Notes under the pieces: generated by a model
Told to the model about the DNA's origin: nothing
Seen by the model: only the letters and a program-made list of their open reading frames with translations
Database searches by the model: none
NCBI GenBank assembly: GCA_031375485.1
Contig: JANMHX010000316.1
Coordinates: 8,186-72,185, forward strand
From: Gemmatimonadota bacterium
Lineage (GTDB): Bacteria; Gemmatimonadota; Gemmatimonadetes; Gemmatimonadales; GWC2-71-9
Length of the DNA stretch: 64,000 nt
Reading direction: 5' to 3'
Made by a program: the position numbers and the translations under genes
In this document: piece by piece, positions 55,767 through 64,000 of the stretch
How the letters are laid out: every line of letters starts with the position of its first letter
Position numbering within the stretch: position 1 is the stretch's first letter

Positions 55767-57598
55767 GGCGTCACCACCGATACCTCGAGATGCGAAGGGT
55801 ACCGCCCGGATCGAAAGATCCGCTGCGTCGCCGAGATGAAGTCGGCGTCTTTGGCACGGTAGATATTGGGCACGAACTTTTGCGGGTTGCGGTCGATCAA
55901 TGGAAACCAGGTGCTCTGGACCTGCACCATGATCCGATGGCCTTTGAGGAAGGTGTAGTCGGCGCCGTGAAGGTCGATGGTGTAGGGGGTAACTTGATTG
56001 GCCACGACAGCGGCCGGCCGCTCGTAACTGGCCCGGAATCTGGCCCGGAACACGTCCCCGGCAATCATCAGTTGGTAGCCACCCATTTTCGGATCGGTGG
56101 GATAGTCGTTCGGATACACGTCGATCAACTTGACGATCCAGTCCGCATCGGTTCCGGTCGTCGAGGCGAACAGTTTCGCCATCACATCGCCGCTCAGGGT
56201 GACCGGTTCGGCCAACGGCTCGGTCTCAAAACTCAAGACGTCGGGTCGAAGGTGGCTGTGGCGCTGGTCGTCGACCTGCCAGATCGGCCAGGTCGAGGCC
56301 ACCGGGCCCCCATAGAGCGGCGTAATGGGCCGCTGGCGATAGGGCACCGGACGGGCCGGATTCGAGACGTAGCTGTCGAAGGCCGTCGGCGCCGTGGGCT
56401 GGCTCCACGACAGCCCGCCGTCCGCTTGAAAGTAGAGCTGCTTCGAAGTCACACGCTGTCGCGGCGGCCAGGTCTCGTGCCGTTGCCATTGATTGGTCCC
56501 GGGCCGGAACGTCAACGCCTCGGGAAGATCCAGCTTGCCCTTGTCTTTGAGCCAGTATGCAAACCAGGGCGCCTCGACGGTTTCCCGGAACCAAGCGGCG
56601 GTGTTACTCCCGAACTGAATCGGCCCAAGGCTATTCCCGTCGCCCCGAGACCAACCGCCGTGATTCCACGGGCCGATGACGAGGTGATTGATCCCCTTGG
56701 TGTCGTTCGGCTCCATGGCCCGGTAAATCGTCAGGGGACCGTAGAAATCCTCCTGATCCCACCACCCGGCCACCGTCAGGGTTGGAACCGTGACGGGTTT
56801 GTGCGCGAACACCGGGCGAACTTTGCGCCGCTGCCAAAAGTCGTCGAAGTTCGGGTGGCTCTCGAAGTCGGTCCAGGTGGGGCGTTTGCCCTGGAAGTAG
56901 CGCTGGTCCACGTTGGCGAGCCCACCCAGCCGGAGGAACCATTCGAAGGTGTCGAACCGGTCGAACTTGAACGGCTCGCTGATCCGCCCAGCTTCGAGGT
57001 TGGCCACGTATTCGAAGCCATAACTCAACCGAAACGCCCCGTTGTGATGAAAGTCGTCGCCCAGGTACATGTCGTCCGGCGAGGCTTGGGGTGAGGCCGC
57101 CTTGAGCGCGGGGTGCGGCTCTACCAGGGCCATCATGGTGAGCCATCCCCCGTAGGAAATGCCGACCATCCCCACTCGGCCGTTGTGTCCTGGCACGTTG
57201 GCGAGCACCCAGTCGATCGTGTCGTTGGTATCGGTGCCCTCGTCCACCGTTTCGCCGCGCTTCGGGTCACGCGGCGGCCGGATCATCATGAACGTTCCCT
57301 CGGACTGGTACTTGCCCCGGATGTCCTGAAACACGAAGATGTAGCCCTCGTCGGCCAATAACTGATACCGGTTGGCGAGGCGGGGCCCGATTTGGCGGGC
57401 GTTGTAGGGGGTTCGCTCGATCAGGATCGGCAGCGGCCCCGATCGGGCCGCGGGCGTGAAGATCTCGGTATAGAGCTTGGTCCCATCTCGCATCCGAATC
57501 ATCTCCGTCCGCTGGACGTAGTCCGCGCGGAGGGACTGGGCGGCGAGGGGGACGGTAACGAAGAGAAAGACCGAAGAGAGCAGCAGTTCCCGGCGCAT
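55763..57598 (-). CDS. CocE/NonD family hydrolase, alpha-amino acid ester hydrolase-like (paralog B)
   Basis: ERTPY, QDIRGKYQSEG, GISYGGW, GDDFHHNGAFR, WWDQED, GPWNHG; signal peptide; start MRRELLL. Confidence 0.9.
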   Translation of the reverse strand: MRRELLLSSVFLFVTVPLAAQSLRADYVQRTEMIRMRDGTKLYTEIFTPAARSGPLPILIERTPYNARQIGPRLANRYQLLADEGYIFVFQDIRGKYQSEGTFMMIRPPRDPKRGETVDEGTDTNDTIDWVLANVPGHNGRVGMVGISYGGWLTMMALVEPHPALKAASPQASPDDMYLGDDFHHNGAFRLSYGFEYVANLEAGRISEPFKFDRFDTFEWFLRLGGLANVDQRYFQGKRPTWTDFESHPNFDDFWQRRKVRPVFAHKPVTVPTLTVAGWWDQEDFYGPLTIYRAMEPNDTKGINHLVIGPWNHGGWSRGDGNSLGPIQFGSNTAAWFRETVEAPWFAYWLKDKGKLDLPEALTFRPGTNQWQRHETWPPRQRVTSKQLYFQADGGLSWSQPTAPTAFDSYVSNPARPVPYRQRPITPLYGGPVASTWPIWQVDDQRHSHLRPDVLSFETEPLAEPVTLSGDVMAKLFASTTGTDADWIVKLIDVYPNDYPTDPKMGGYQLMIAGDVFRARFRASYERPAAVVANQVTPYTIDLHGADYTFLKGHRIMVQVQSTWFPLIDRNPQKFVPNIYRAKDADFISATQRIFRSGRYPSHLEVSVVTP

Positions 57599-57686
57599 CG
57601 GTGCGAGGCCCTTGGTGAAGTTGCGGAAATCTACGCTCCCGCTCGGATCGGCGTGAGGCCACCCAAGGGGTACTGACGAGCCGACG

Positions 57687-57719
57687 CTCGCCGGATGGCA
57701 ACCCACTCCATCCGGCGAG
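57687..57719. other. Perfect 12-bp intergenic hairpin
   Basis: CTCGCCGGATGG-CAACCCACT-CCATCCGGCGAG, extendable by CGAC/GTCG; no U-tract. Confidence 0.8.
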
Positions 57720-57825
57720 GTCGTTATGTCCGGGGAACTGCGAGGCAGTGACTTCTGGAATTCAAACTAGAACCGGTCTGTCACGTCCCGGCGAGGATCC
57801 GCCACGGGGAGGTAACAACCGACGG

Positions 57826-58605
57826 CTAGAACTCTTCCCGTTCGAACCGCCACAGGGCCACCAGCAGCATCACCACGATCAGTACCGCGGTCACGGTCGC
57901 CGGGATCCAGAGCGGAACCCCGACCGGCTGCCATAGGGCGATCGCGCTGGCCGCCCGCGCCAAGCTCCAGGGCATCGCAATGGTGACCCACTGCGGCACG
58001 AAGTTCGGGAGAATGTTTCCGGCGACCCAGAACCCCAGGGCCAACCCGCCCACCGGCCCCCTGGTGGGAAACAACGTCCCCAGCATCAGCGTGAGGGCGA
58101 TATAGAAGGTCTGGTGGAGCGCCAGGATCCCGACCGCCTCCCCGAAATGGGCCAGGCCCGGCAGCAAGCCCCAGACGACCTGGCAAACAATCAGCGTGGC
58201 CACCGCCGGGATCACCAGCGACAGCAGCAGAAAGGTGCCGGTGATCCCGACGAACTTCGACAGGACGAAGGCCTTCCGAGTCGTTGGCTTCGTCAGCACC
58301 CAGGCGGCGGTACCGTACGATCGCTCCCCGACGATGGCCCCTTGGGTCACCAGGACCGCCCCAACCAACGAAAAGAAGCCGCCGGCCTGGAAGAAGATGT
58401 TCATGACCTCATCGAGCCCGCGGGCGGGAGTGGACTCCCCCCGCGATTCGAGCGAAACCAGCAGGATGAAGCCGGTGATGACCCCAAGCCAGAGCAGGAG
58501 ATGGACCAACCACCGGCGGGTCCGCCACCAGGAACCCAACTCTTTGTCGAGGAGATTGCCGAACCCGGTCGACCATCCCGCGGCCTTGGAAGCGATCAGG
58601 CTCAT
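57826..58605 (-). CDS. ABC-2 transporter permease
   Basis: KELGSWWRTR, GAIVGERSYGT..LTKPTTRKAFVLSK; 6 TM. Confidence 0.85.
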   Translation of the reverse strand: MSLIASKAAGWSTGFGNLLDKELGSWWRTRRWLVHLLLWLGVITGFILLVSLESRGESTPARGLDEVMNIFFQAGGFFSLVGAVLVTQGAIVGERSYGTAAWVLTKPTTRKAFVLSKFVGITGTFLLLSLVIPAVATLIVCQVVWGLLPGLAHFGEAVGILALHQTFYIALTLMLGTLFPTRGPVGGLALGFWVAGNILPNFVPQWVTIAMPWSLARAASAIALWQPVGVPLWIPATVTAVLIVVMLLVALWRFEREEF

Positions 58606-59573
58606 TTGGCAGTGCCTCCCTCGATCAGGTTCATGAAGACGTCCTCGAGTTGATAGCGGCGCCGTCCGAAGGAACGAACCATCACCGAATCATCAGCCAG
58701 GATCGTGCGAAGCAACCCGGCGTCCGCCGCGGGATCATCCGAGACCGCCACGTGCCACGAGACGCCGTCCTTCGCCGCGGTTTCGTCGACCGATACGACC
58801 CACGGAAGGCCGGCAACCCGGCGCCGCGCCGACTCCGGCGACCCGGCCAATTCCACGAGATACGTGGTATGACCGGTACCGGCCAGCAATTCGCCGATCG
58901 GCGCGATCGCGATCAGTTTCCCTCCGTTCAGGATGGCCACCGTATCACTGACCCGCTGCACGTCTTCGAGAATGTGGGTTGAGTAGAAAATCGTGGTGTG
59001 GGATCGCAGCCGAGCCATGACCTCGAGCACGTCGCGCCGGCCCATCGGATCGAGGGAGGCCGCGGGCTCATCGAGAATCAAGAGCTCCGGCCGGCTGATC
59101 TGCGCCTGCGCAATCCCGAGCCGTTGGCGTTCGCCGCCCGAGAACCCCTTGATGGCCCGATCGGCCTTGTCGCTCAAGCCCACGAGTTCGAGGGTCTCGC
59201 GAATGTGCTGCTCGAGCTCCGGAGCCGGACCAGTGAAGAAGAACTTGGCCGTGAACCGGAGAGTTTCCCGGGCGGTCATGTAATCGTAGTACCGGGGATC
59301 TTGTGCCAAGTAGCCGATCCGGCGCCGGACTTCGAGGGTGTCGCGCTCGCTGTCGAAGCCAAACAGGGTGGCCGAGCCGGCCGTCGGCCGGGCCAAACCC
59401 AGGAGAAGCTTGATCGTCGTGGTCTTACCCGCTCCATTCGGTCCGAGAAAACCGAAGATCGAGTTCCGCTGCACCGCGAGGTCCAGACCGGCAAGCGCCG
59501 TCACGCCCCCCGCGTAGGACTTGGACAAACCGTGGGTTTCGATCACGACGTCGGACTGACCGGACGTGGTCAT
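58602..59573 (-). CDS. ABC transporter ATP-binding protein
   Basis: GPNGAGKTT, FSGGERQR, ILDEPAASLDP. Confidence 0.93.
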   Translation of the reverse strand: MTTSGQSDVVIETHGLSKSYAGGVTALAGLDLAVQRNSIFGFLGPNGAGKTTTIKLLLGLARPTAGSATLFGFDSERDTLEVRRRIGYLAQDPRYYDYMTARETLRFTAKFFFTGPAPELEQHIRETLELVGLSDKADRAIKGFSGGERQRLGIAQAQISRPELLILDEPAASLDPMGRRDVLEVMARLRSHTTIFYSTHILEDVQRVSDTVAILNGGKLIAIAPIGELLAGTGHTTYLVELAGSPESARRRVAGLPWVVSVDETAAKDGVSWHVAVSDDPAADAGLLRTILADDSVMVRSFGRRRYQLEDVFMNLIEGGTAK

Positions 59574-59637
59574 GGCAGCTCCAATGGAATAGTGCGATGA
59601 CTGAATGTGCCCCGCCTACGGCGGGACCGGACGGCTA

Positions 59638-59694
59638 GTTTCACCGTGAAACGGCCCTGGATTTGGTTTGAAACATGTCGTACGATATATCGTA
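59638..59694. promoter_or_regulatory. Two palindromic operator candidates in the ABC/padR divergent region
   Basis: GTTTCAC-C-GTGAAAC (59638-59652) and perfect 14-mer TACGATATATCGTA (59681-59694). Confidence 0.6.
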
Positions 59695-59742
59695 AGCTCT
59701 AACGTTCCCCCGAATTCGCCGCCACAACACTGCGAGGACCGG

Positions 59743-60330
59743 ATGTCTAAACACAATGATGACTGGGGTTTAGGTGAAATATTCGGGTTTGCGTTCGACC
59801 CGAGCAAGTTCGATTTCAAGTTCGGAGGCGGCGCCCGGAACAAGAACTGGGGCCGAGGCCGGCGTCACATGTTCGAGTCCGGCGAGGTCAAGTTCGTCAT
59901 TCTCCGCCTGCTCCGGGAAAAGCCCCGCCACGGTTACGAGGTCATCAAGGCCCTCGAAGAACGTCTCGGCGGCTGCTACACGCCCTCCGCGGGTACGGTG
60001 TACCCGACGCTTCAGCTACTGGAAGACCAAGGCTACGTCAAAGCGGCCGATCAGGACGGCAAGAAGGTCTATCACATTACCCCTGAGGGCGAGCAGTTCC
60101 TCGACGAGAACCAAACCGTCCTCGACGATATTTTCGACCGGGTCAAGGACACGGTGCGGGACTTCGCCGGCGGGCACATGGCCGATCTCAATCACGCCTT
60201 CACCCGCCTCGCGAAGGTGACCTACAAGCGAGCCTGGCGTTGGGGGCCCGATCACCCATCCGTGCCCAAGATCGTCGCGATCCTCAAGCAAGCGGCGGAT
60301 GATATCGAACGCGAATGGGAAAAGGCCTAA
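59743..60330 (+). CDS. PadR family transcriptional regulator (YqjI-like)
   Basis: GEVKFVILRLL..PRHGYEVIKALE..YTPSAGTVYPTLQLLEDQG; GAGGA SD. Confidence 0.92.
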   Translation: MSKHNDDWGLGEIFGFAFDPSKFDFKFGGGARNKNWGRGRRHMFESGEVKFVILRLLREKPRHGYEVIKALEERLGGCYTPSAGTVYPTLQLLEDQGYVKAADQDGKKVYHITPEGEQFLDENQTVLDDIFDRVKDTVRDFAGGHMADLNHAFTRLAKVTYKRAWRWGPDHPSVPKIVAILKQAADDIEREWEKA

Positions 60331-60357
60331 CTCCACCCCGCGAAAGGGAGCGCTGAC

Positions 60358-60657
60358 ATGGGTGTCGGGACGATTTTGTTGATCGTGTTCGTGGTGGTAC
60401 CGGCCGTTCAATGGAGTCTGTGGGGCAGCCGGTCGAAACGGCGCGGGTCGCGAAAGTGGGGCGGATGGGATGGCGGCATCGGCGAGTCAGGGCTCGCCGA
60501 TGAAGTGGCCGCCCTTCGGAGCGATCTCGAAGGCCGGCTCGGAGAAGTCGAGCAACTCCAAGCCCGGGTCGGCGAGCTCGAAAATCGCCTCGATTTTACC
60601 GAGCGATTGTTGGCACAGAAGGAACCTGAGACCCTCGCCAAGCCCCGGGTCACCTAG
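60358..60657 (+). CDS. Small single-TM protein with C-terminal coiled coil (PspB-like architecture)
   Basis: N-terminal hydrophobic helix; LQARVGELENRLDFTERLL heptad segment. Confidence 0.7.
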   Translation: MGVGTILLIVFVVVPAVQWSLWGSRSKRRGSRKWGGWDGGIGESGLADEVAALRSDLEGRLGEVEQLQARVGELENRLDFTERLLAQKEPETLAKPRVT

Positions 60658-60675
60658 TTACAGTTCTCGGCCCTG

Positions 60676-61623
60676 ATGAAGCCACTCGTGTCGAAGGACG
60701 CCTCGCCCGCCCTCGCGATAGTCGGGCTGATCAAACGCTACGGCGACGTCACCGCCGTCGCCGGCCTCGACCTGACCGTCAGCCGCGGCGAGTGCTTCGG
60801 CCTTCTCGGCCCGAACGGCGCCGGCAAGACCACCACCATCGAAATTTGCGAGGGGCTGAACGAGGCCGACGAAGGCGAAGTCCGGGTCCTCGGGATGACC
60901 CACCGCGAACACCCTGACGAGATTCGCGCGGCCATCGGGATTTCCTTGCAGGAAACCCAACTGACCGAGAAGCTCACGGTCGAAGAAACCGTGCAGTTGT
61001 TCCAGAGTTTCTATCCCCGCCGCCGCCCCGTCGACGAGGTTATTGCGGCGGTTCAACTCGGCGAGAAGCGGCATGCCCGCGTGGGGTCGCTGTCGGGGGG
61101 ACAAAAACAGCGGCTGGCGCTGGCCTGCGCCCTCGTCGGCGACCCCGAGCTGTTCTTCCTCGATGAACCGACGACCGGTCTCGACCCTCAATCCCGCCGC
61201 CAGCTTTGGGAGCTGATCACCCGGTTCAAGGCTGAGGGCCGCACCGTAGTCATCACCACCCATTACATGGACGAGGCCGAGCAACTGTGCGACCGGGTGG
61301 CCATCGTCGACCACGGCAAGATCATCGCGCTCGGGACCCCGCGAGAGCTGATCGCGCTCGTCGGCAGCGAACACGTGGTCGAGTTTCGGCTCGAGAGTGC
61401 CACCGCCGACCTTCAGACCCTTGGCGCGCTGCCGGGAGTCACCCGGGTGAAGGCAGTCGATGACCGCTATCAACTCGACGTGTCCCAGGTCCATCAAACC
61501 ATTCCCGCGCTGCTCGAGTACCTGACGGGCATCCCCGCCACGCTGGCTGACTTGGTCACTCACACCGCGACGCTCGAAGATGTTTTCGTCCATCTCACCG
61601 GACGGCACCTCCGCGATGGCTGA
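60676..61623 (+). CDS. ABC transporter ATP-binding protein
   Basis: GPNGAGKTT, LSGGQKQR, FLDEPTTGLDP, TTHYMDEAE. Confidence 0.93.
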   Translation: MKPLVSKDASPALAIVGLIKRYGDVTAVAGLDLTVSRGECFGLLGPNGAGKTTTIEICEGLNEADEGEVRVLGMTHREHPDEIRAAIGISLQETQLTEKLTVEETVQLFQSFYPRRRPVDEVIAAVQLGEKRHARVGSLSGGQKQRLALACALVGDPELFFLDEPTTGLDPQSRRQLWELITRFKAEGRTVVITTHYMDEAEQLCDRVAIVDHGKIIALGTPRELIALVGSEHVVEFRLESATADLQTLGALPGVTRVKAVDDRYQLDVSQVHQTIPALLEYLTGIPATLADLVTHTATLEDVFVHLTGRHLRDG

Positions 61624-62671
61624 CCCCCGCCACTGGCGCGAACGCGCCATCGTCCAGCTGACCCTGGCCCGGTTCCGGGAGTTCTACCGGGAACCGGAGG
61701 CCATGTTCTGGACCTTCATTTTCCCGATCATCATGGCCGCCGGACTCGGGCTCGCCTTTCGGAACAAGCCGCCGGAGACGCTCAAGGTGGCCGTCGTTCG
61801 GAACGCCGCCGCCGGCGCGATCGTCACGGGATTGACGCGGGACCGCCAACTCGACGTCCAGCTGCTCGACGACTCGGTCGCGACCCGCTACCTGCGGACC
61901 GGCAAGGTGGCTCTGGTCGTCGCGGCCAAGGGGGGCGCGGCCGTCGAGTATCGATTCGATGACACCCGCCCCGAGTCGATCAGCGCCCGGCGAATCGTTG
62001 ACGATGCCCTGCAACGGGGCAACGGTCGTCAAGACCCCGTGGTGACCGCCGATGCGCTGGTTCGAGAGCCGGGATCGCGCTACATCGATTTCCTGATCCC
62101 TGGTCTCTTGGGCATGAATCTGATGGCCAGCAGCATGTGGGGGATCGGATTCACGGTCGTCGACCAGCGCCGGAAGAAACTCCTCAAGCGCTTCGTCGCC
62201 ACCCCGATGTCCAGAGCGGAATACTTGCTCTCGTTTCTGTTGGCCCGGCTCACGCTGTTGGTGGTCGAAGTCGGGACCCTCGTCACCTTTGGCGTGCTGG
62301 TGTTCGGCGTGCCGCTCCGCGGATCGGTGGCGACGCTGTCCGTGGTCTGCCTGCTCGGCTCGCTCGCGTTTGGGGGCCTTGGGCTCCTGATCGCCGCGCG
62401 GCCCAAGACCGTCGAGGCGGCGTCCGGCCTGATGAACTTCGCCATGCTTCCGATGTGGGTGCTGTCGGGGGTCTTCTTTTCGTCGGCCAATTTCCCCGAC
62501 GCCATGCAGCCGCTGGTCAAGGCGCTTCCCCTCACTGCTGTCAATGACGCCCTTCGCGCCATCATGCTCGAAGGGGCCGGGTTCGCCGACCTCGGTCTCC
62601 CGTTGAGCATTCTGACGGCCTGGCTCGTTATCTGCTTTACCGTGGCCCTCCGAATCTTCCGCTGGCGATAG
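61616..62671 (+). CDS. ABC-2 transporter permease
   Basis: REFYREPEAMFW, YIDFLIPGLLGM, RKKLLKRFVATP, LSGVFFS, LPLTAVNDALR. Confidence 0.9.
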   Translation: MADPRHWRERAIVQLTLARFREFYREPEAMFWTFIFPIIMAAGLGLAFRNKPPETLKVAVVRNAAAGAIVTGLTRDRQLDVQLLDDSVATRYLRTGKVALVVAAKGGAAVEYRFDDTRPESISARRIVDDALQRGNGRQDPVVTADALVREPGSRYIDFLIPGLLGMNLMASSMWGIGFTVVDQRRKKLLKRFVATPMSRAEYLLSFLLARLTLLVVEVGTLVTFGVLVFGVPLRGSVATLSVVCLLGSLAFGGLGLLIAARPKTVEAASGLMNFAMLPMWVLSGVFFSSANFPDAMQPLVKALPLTAVNDALRAIMLEGAGFADLGLPLSILTAWLVICFTVALRIFRWR

Positions 62672-62748
62672 GACACCTTCCCGCCGGTCTCATCCATCCT
62701 TCATCCGCCCGTTGGTATGGTCCGGAGAGAAAGAGGGAGGGCCTTCCA

Positions 62749-63237
62749 ATGATGACGGCGTTACGGTGGGGCGCGGTACTCGTGCTAGCAGCAGCCTGCG
62801 GGGCCCCGGGAACCCCGGTGCCGGTGCGGGGCGACTTGACCCCTCTCGTCGGGGAGTGGGTAGGTGAGTATACCGCCGCGGAAGCCGGCCGCGTCGGCTC
62901 GATCGTGTTCACCCTCGCGGCCGGGCGCGACACCGCCGTCGGTGATGTCATGATGGTGCCCGCGAACATCGAACCGGCCACCACCACGCCGCGCAGTGAT
63001 GATCCGATGCTGCGGACCCCTCGCATCCTCAAGATCAGTTTCGTCCGCTGCGAGGGGACGGCCGTCACCGGCTGGCTCGATCCCTATCCGGATCCCGACA
63101 CCGGGGAGAAGACCTCGACCACTTTCGACGGCATCATCAAAGGGAACCAACTCGAAGGCACCTTCGTGTCGTACCTCGAGTTATCGGGCAAACGGCGCAC
63201 CGGCACCTGGGCGGTTAAACGGAAGAAGGGGACCTAA
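62749..63237 (+). CDS. Hypothetical lipoprotein
   Basis: LAAAC lipobox; GAGGGAGG SD. Confidence 0.7.
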   Translation: MMTALRWGAVLVLAAACGAPGTPVPVRGDLTPLVGEWVGEYTAAEAGRVGSIVFTLAAGRDTAVGDVMMVPANIEPATTTPRSDDPMLRTPRILKISFVRCEGTAVTGWLDPYPDPDTGEKTSTTFDGIIKGNQLEGTFVSYLELSGKRRTGTWAVKRKKGT

Positions 63238-64000
63238 CGGCGGCGCACCGACACACCCCCGTTGGTCGTGGTCACCCGAATCGGCGGACCGCCATCCCCT
63301 AACGTGGTGGTGATTCGCCGGTTCATGCGGCCTCGGACGGTCACGGGGAAATCGAACTCGAGCCCGCCATTGACCGTGCCGGTCTCGAGTTCGGCCGAGT
63401 AACGCTCCGGAATCGAGAGATCCACACCGCCGTTGACGGTGCGCACGGTCAAGCCGGTTCCCTCCCATCGGTTGCCGTGAAGCGCCACATCCACACCCCC
63501 GTTGGTCGTCGCCGCCCGAACGTCACCGGATAACCCGTTCAGGGTCAAGCCGCCGTTGACAGTCCCAAGGTCCATCGCGCCCGCCACCTCGGTCACGTGA
63601 ATGCCGCCATTCTCGGTCCGGATCCAGAGGTCCGAGGTTCGGGGAACCCGGAGTTCGTAGCTCACCGACCAATGTTCCCGGCTGCCGGCTCTCGGCCCCT
63701 CGGCTCCGATCGTGGTGCCTTCGACGACCAAACGGACGGCCGCGCCGAGTTCGCGGGCTCGGGTTTCGGTGCGGGCCCGGGCTTGGATCTTGGCCTTGAG
63801 CTCGATCCGGTTGTCATCGGTACCGATGATGGTCACTCCGCCATTGGGCTGCGCGTCGATTCGAATGACCCCGCCGGGCCGAAGCGCCCGTTCTTCAATC
63901 GAGCAGAACCGGGCGCCCGAATTAGTGGCGTCATCGGACTGCCGGCAGGTGAGATGGCCGCGATCTTGGGTGGCCCCCAACAATACCGCCATGACTACGC
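63234..64000 (-). CDS. DUF4097 (Toastrack) beta-strand repeat protein, probably 5'-truncated by the window edge
   Basis: Repeated T.NGG(I/V/L) units (TENGGI, TVNGGL, TTNGGV); frame open upstream of ATG 63992 to the window end. Confidence 0.8.
   Translation of the reverse strand, partial: VVMAVLLGATQDRGHLTCRQSDDATNSGARFCSIEERALRPGGVIRIDAQPNGGVTIIGTDDNRIELKAKIQARARTETRARELGAAVRLVVEGTTIGAEGPRAGSREHWSVSYELRVPRTSDLWIRTENGGIHVTEVAGAMDLGTVNGGLTLNGLSGDVRAATTNGGVDVALHGNRWEGTGLTVRTVNGGVDLSIPERYSAELETGTVNGGLEFDFPVTVRGRMNRRITTTLGDGGPPIRVTTTNGGVSVRRR

Noticed and set aside
1-64000. CRISPR arrays, rRNA, tRNA, IS elements, integrases, prophage or defence genes
   Set aside because: No spaced direct repeats, RNA gene cores or transposase/integrase/phage motifs were seen on reading; a tool-based scan was not possible

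Overview
A GC-rich, gene-dense bacterial chromosomal segment with about 62 CDS. Its gene content and the style of its small and lipoproteins suggest Gemmatimonadota (inference, not demonstrated). No rRNA, tRNA, CRISPR array, integrase or transposase was found. Main modules in order: (1) Ser/Thr dehydratase and D-aminoacylase paralogs downstream of an mtnP-apt-mtnA-class II aldolase cluster (DHAP-shunt type MTA/5'-deoxyadenosine salvage); (2) a hybrid histidine kinase-tauE-cstB persulfide detoxification run; (3) a complete clade II nitrous oxide reductase cluster (cyt c-nosZ-nosB-nosL-nosD-nosF-nosY), divergent from an Fe-S type Rrf2 regulator that is followed by a Cys-motif BNR/sialidase-like protein and a TonB receptor; (4) an uncharacterised esterase / ATP-grasp / circularly permuted ATP-grasp / YbdK(GCS2) / C26 gamma-glutamyl hydrolase operon, the best candidate for an undescribed system; (5) crcB followed by a structured, promoter-bearing intergenic region (candidate ncRNA); (6) a dehydratase-amidohydrolase-orphan Tat-exported LanC-like operon; (7) two two-component systems, and a CarH/LitR-like B12 regulator divergent from a fasciclin gene; (8) a six-gene hydrolase/oxidase/GT2 operon with tandem CocE/AEH paralogs; (9) a PadR locus with two ABC-2 exporters, a PspB-like small protein and a DUF4097 protein at the window edge. 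Many start codons were trimmed from the ORF-track coordinates using homology patterns, Shine-Dalgarno (SD) motifs and ATGA/GTGA overlaps. All functions come from recognised motifs; no searches were run.
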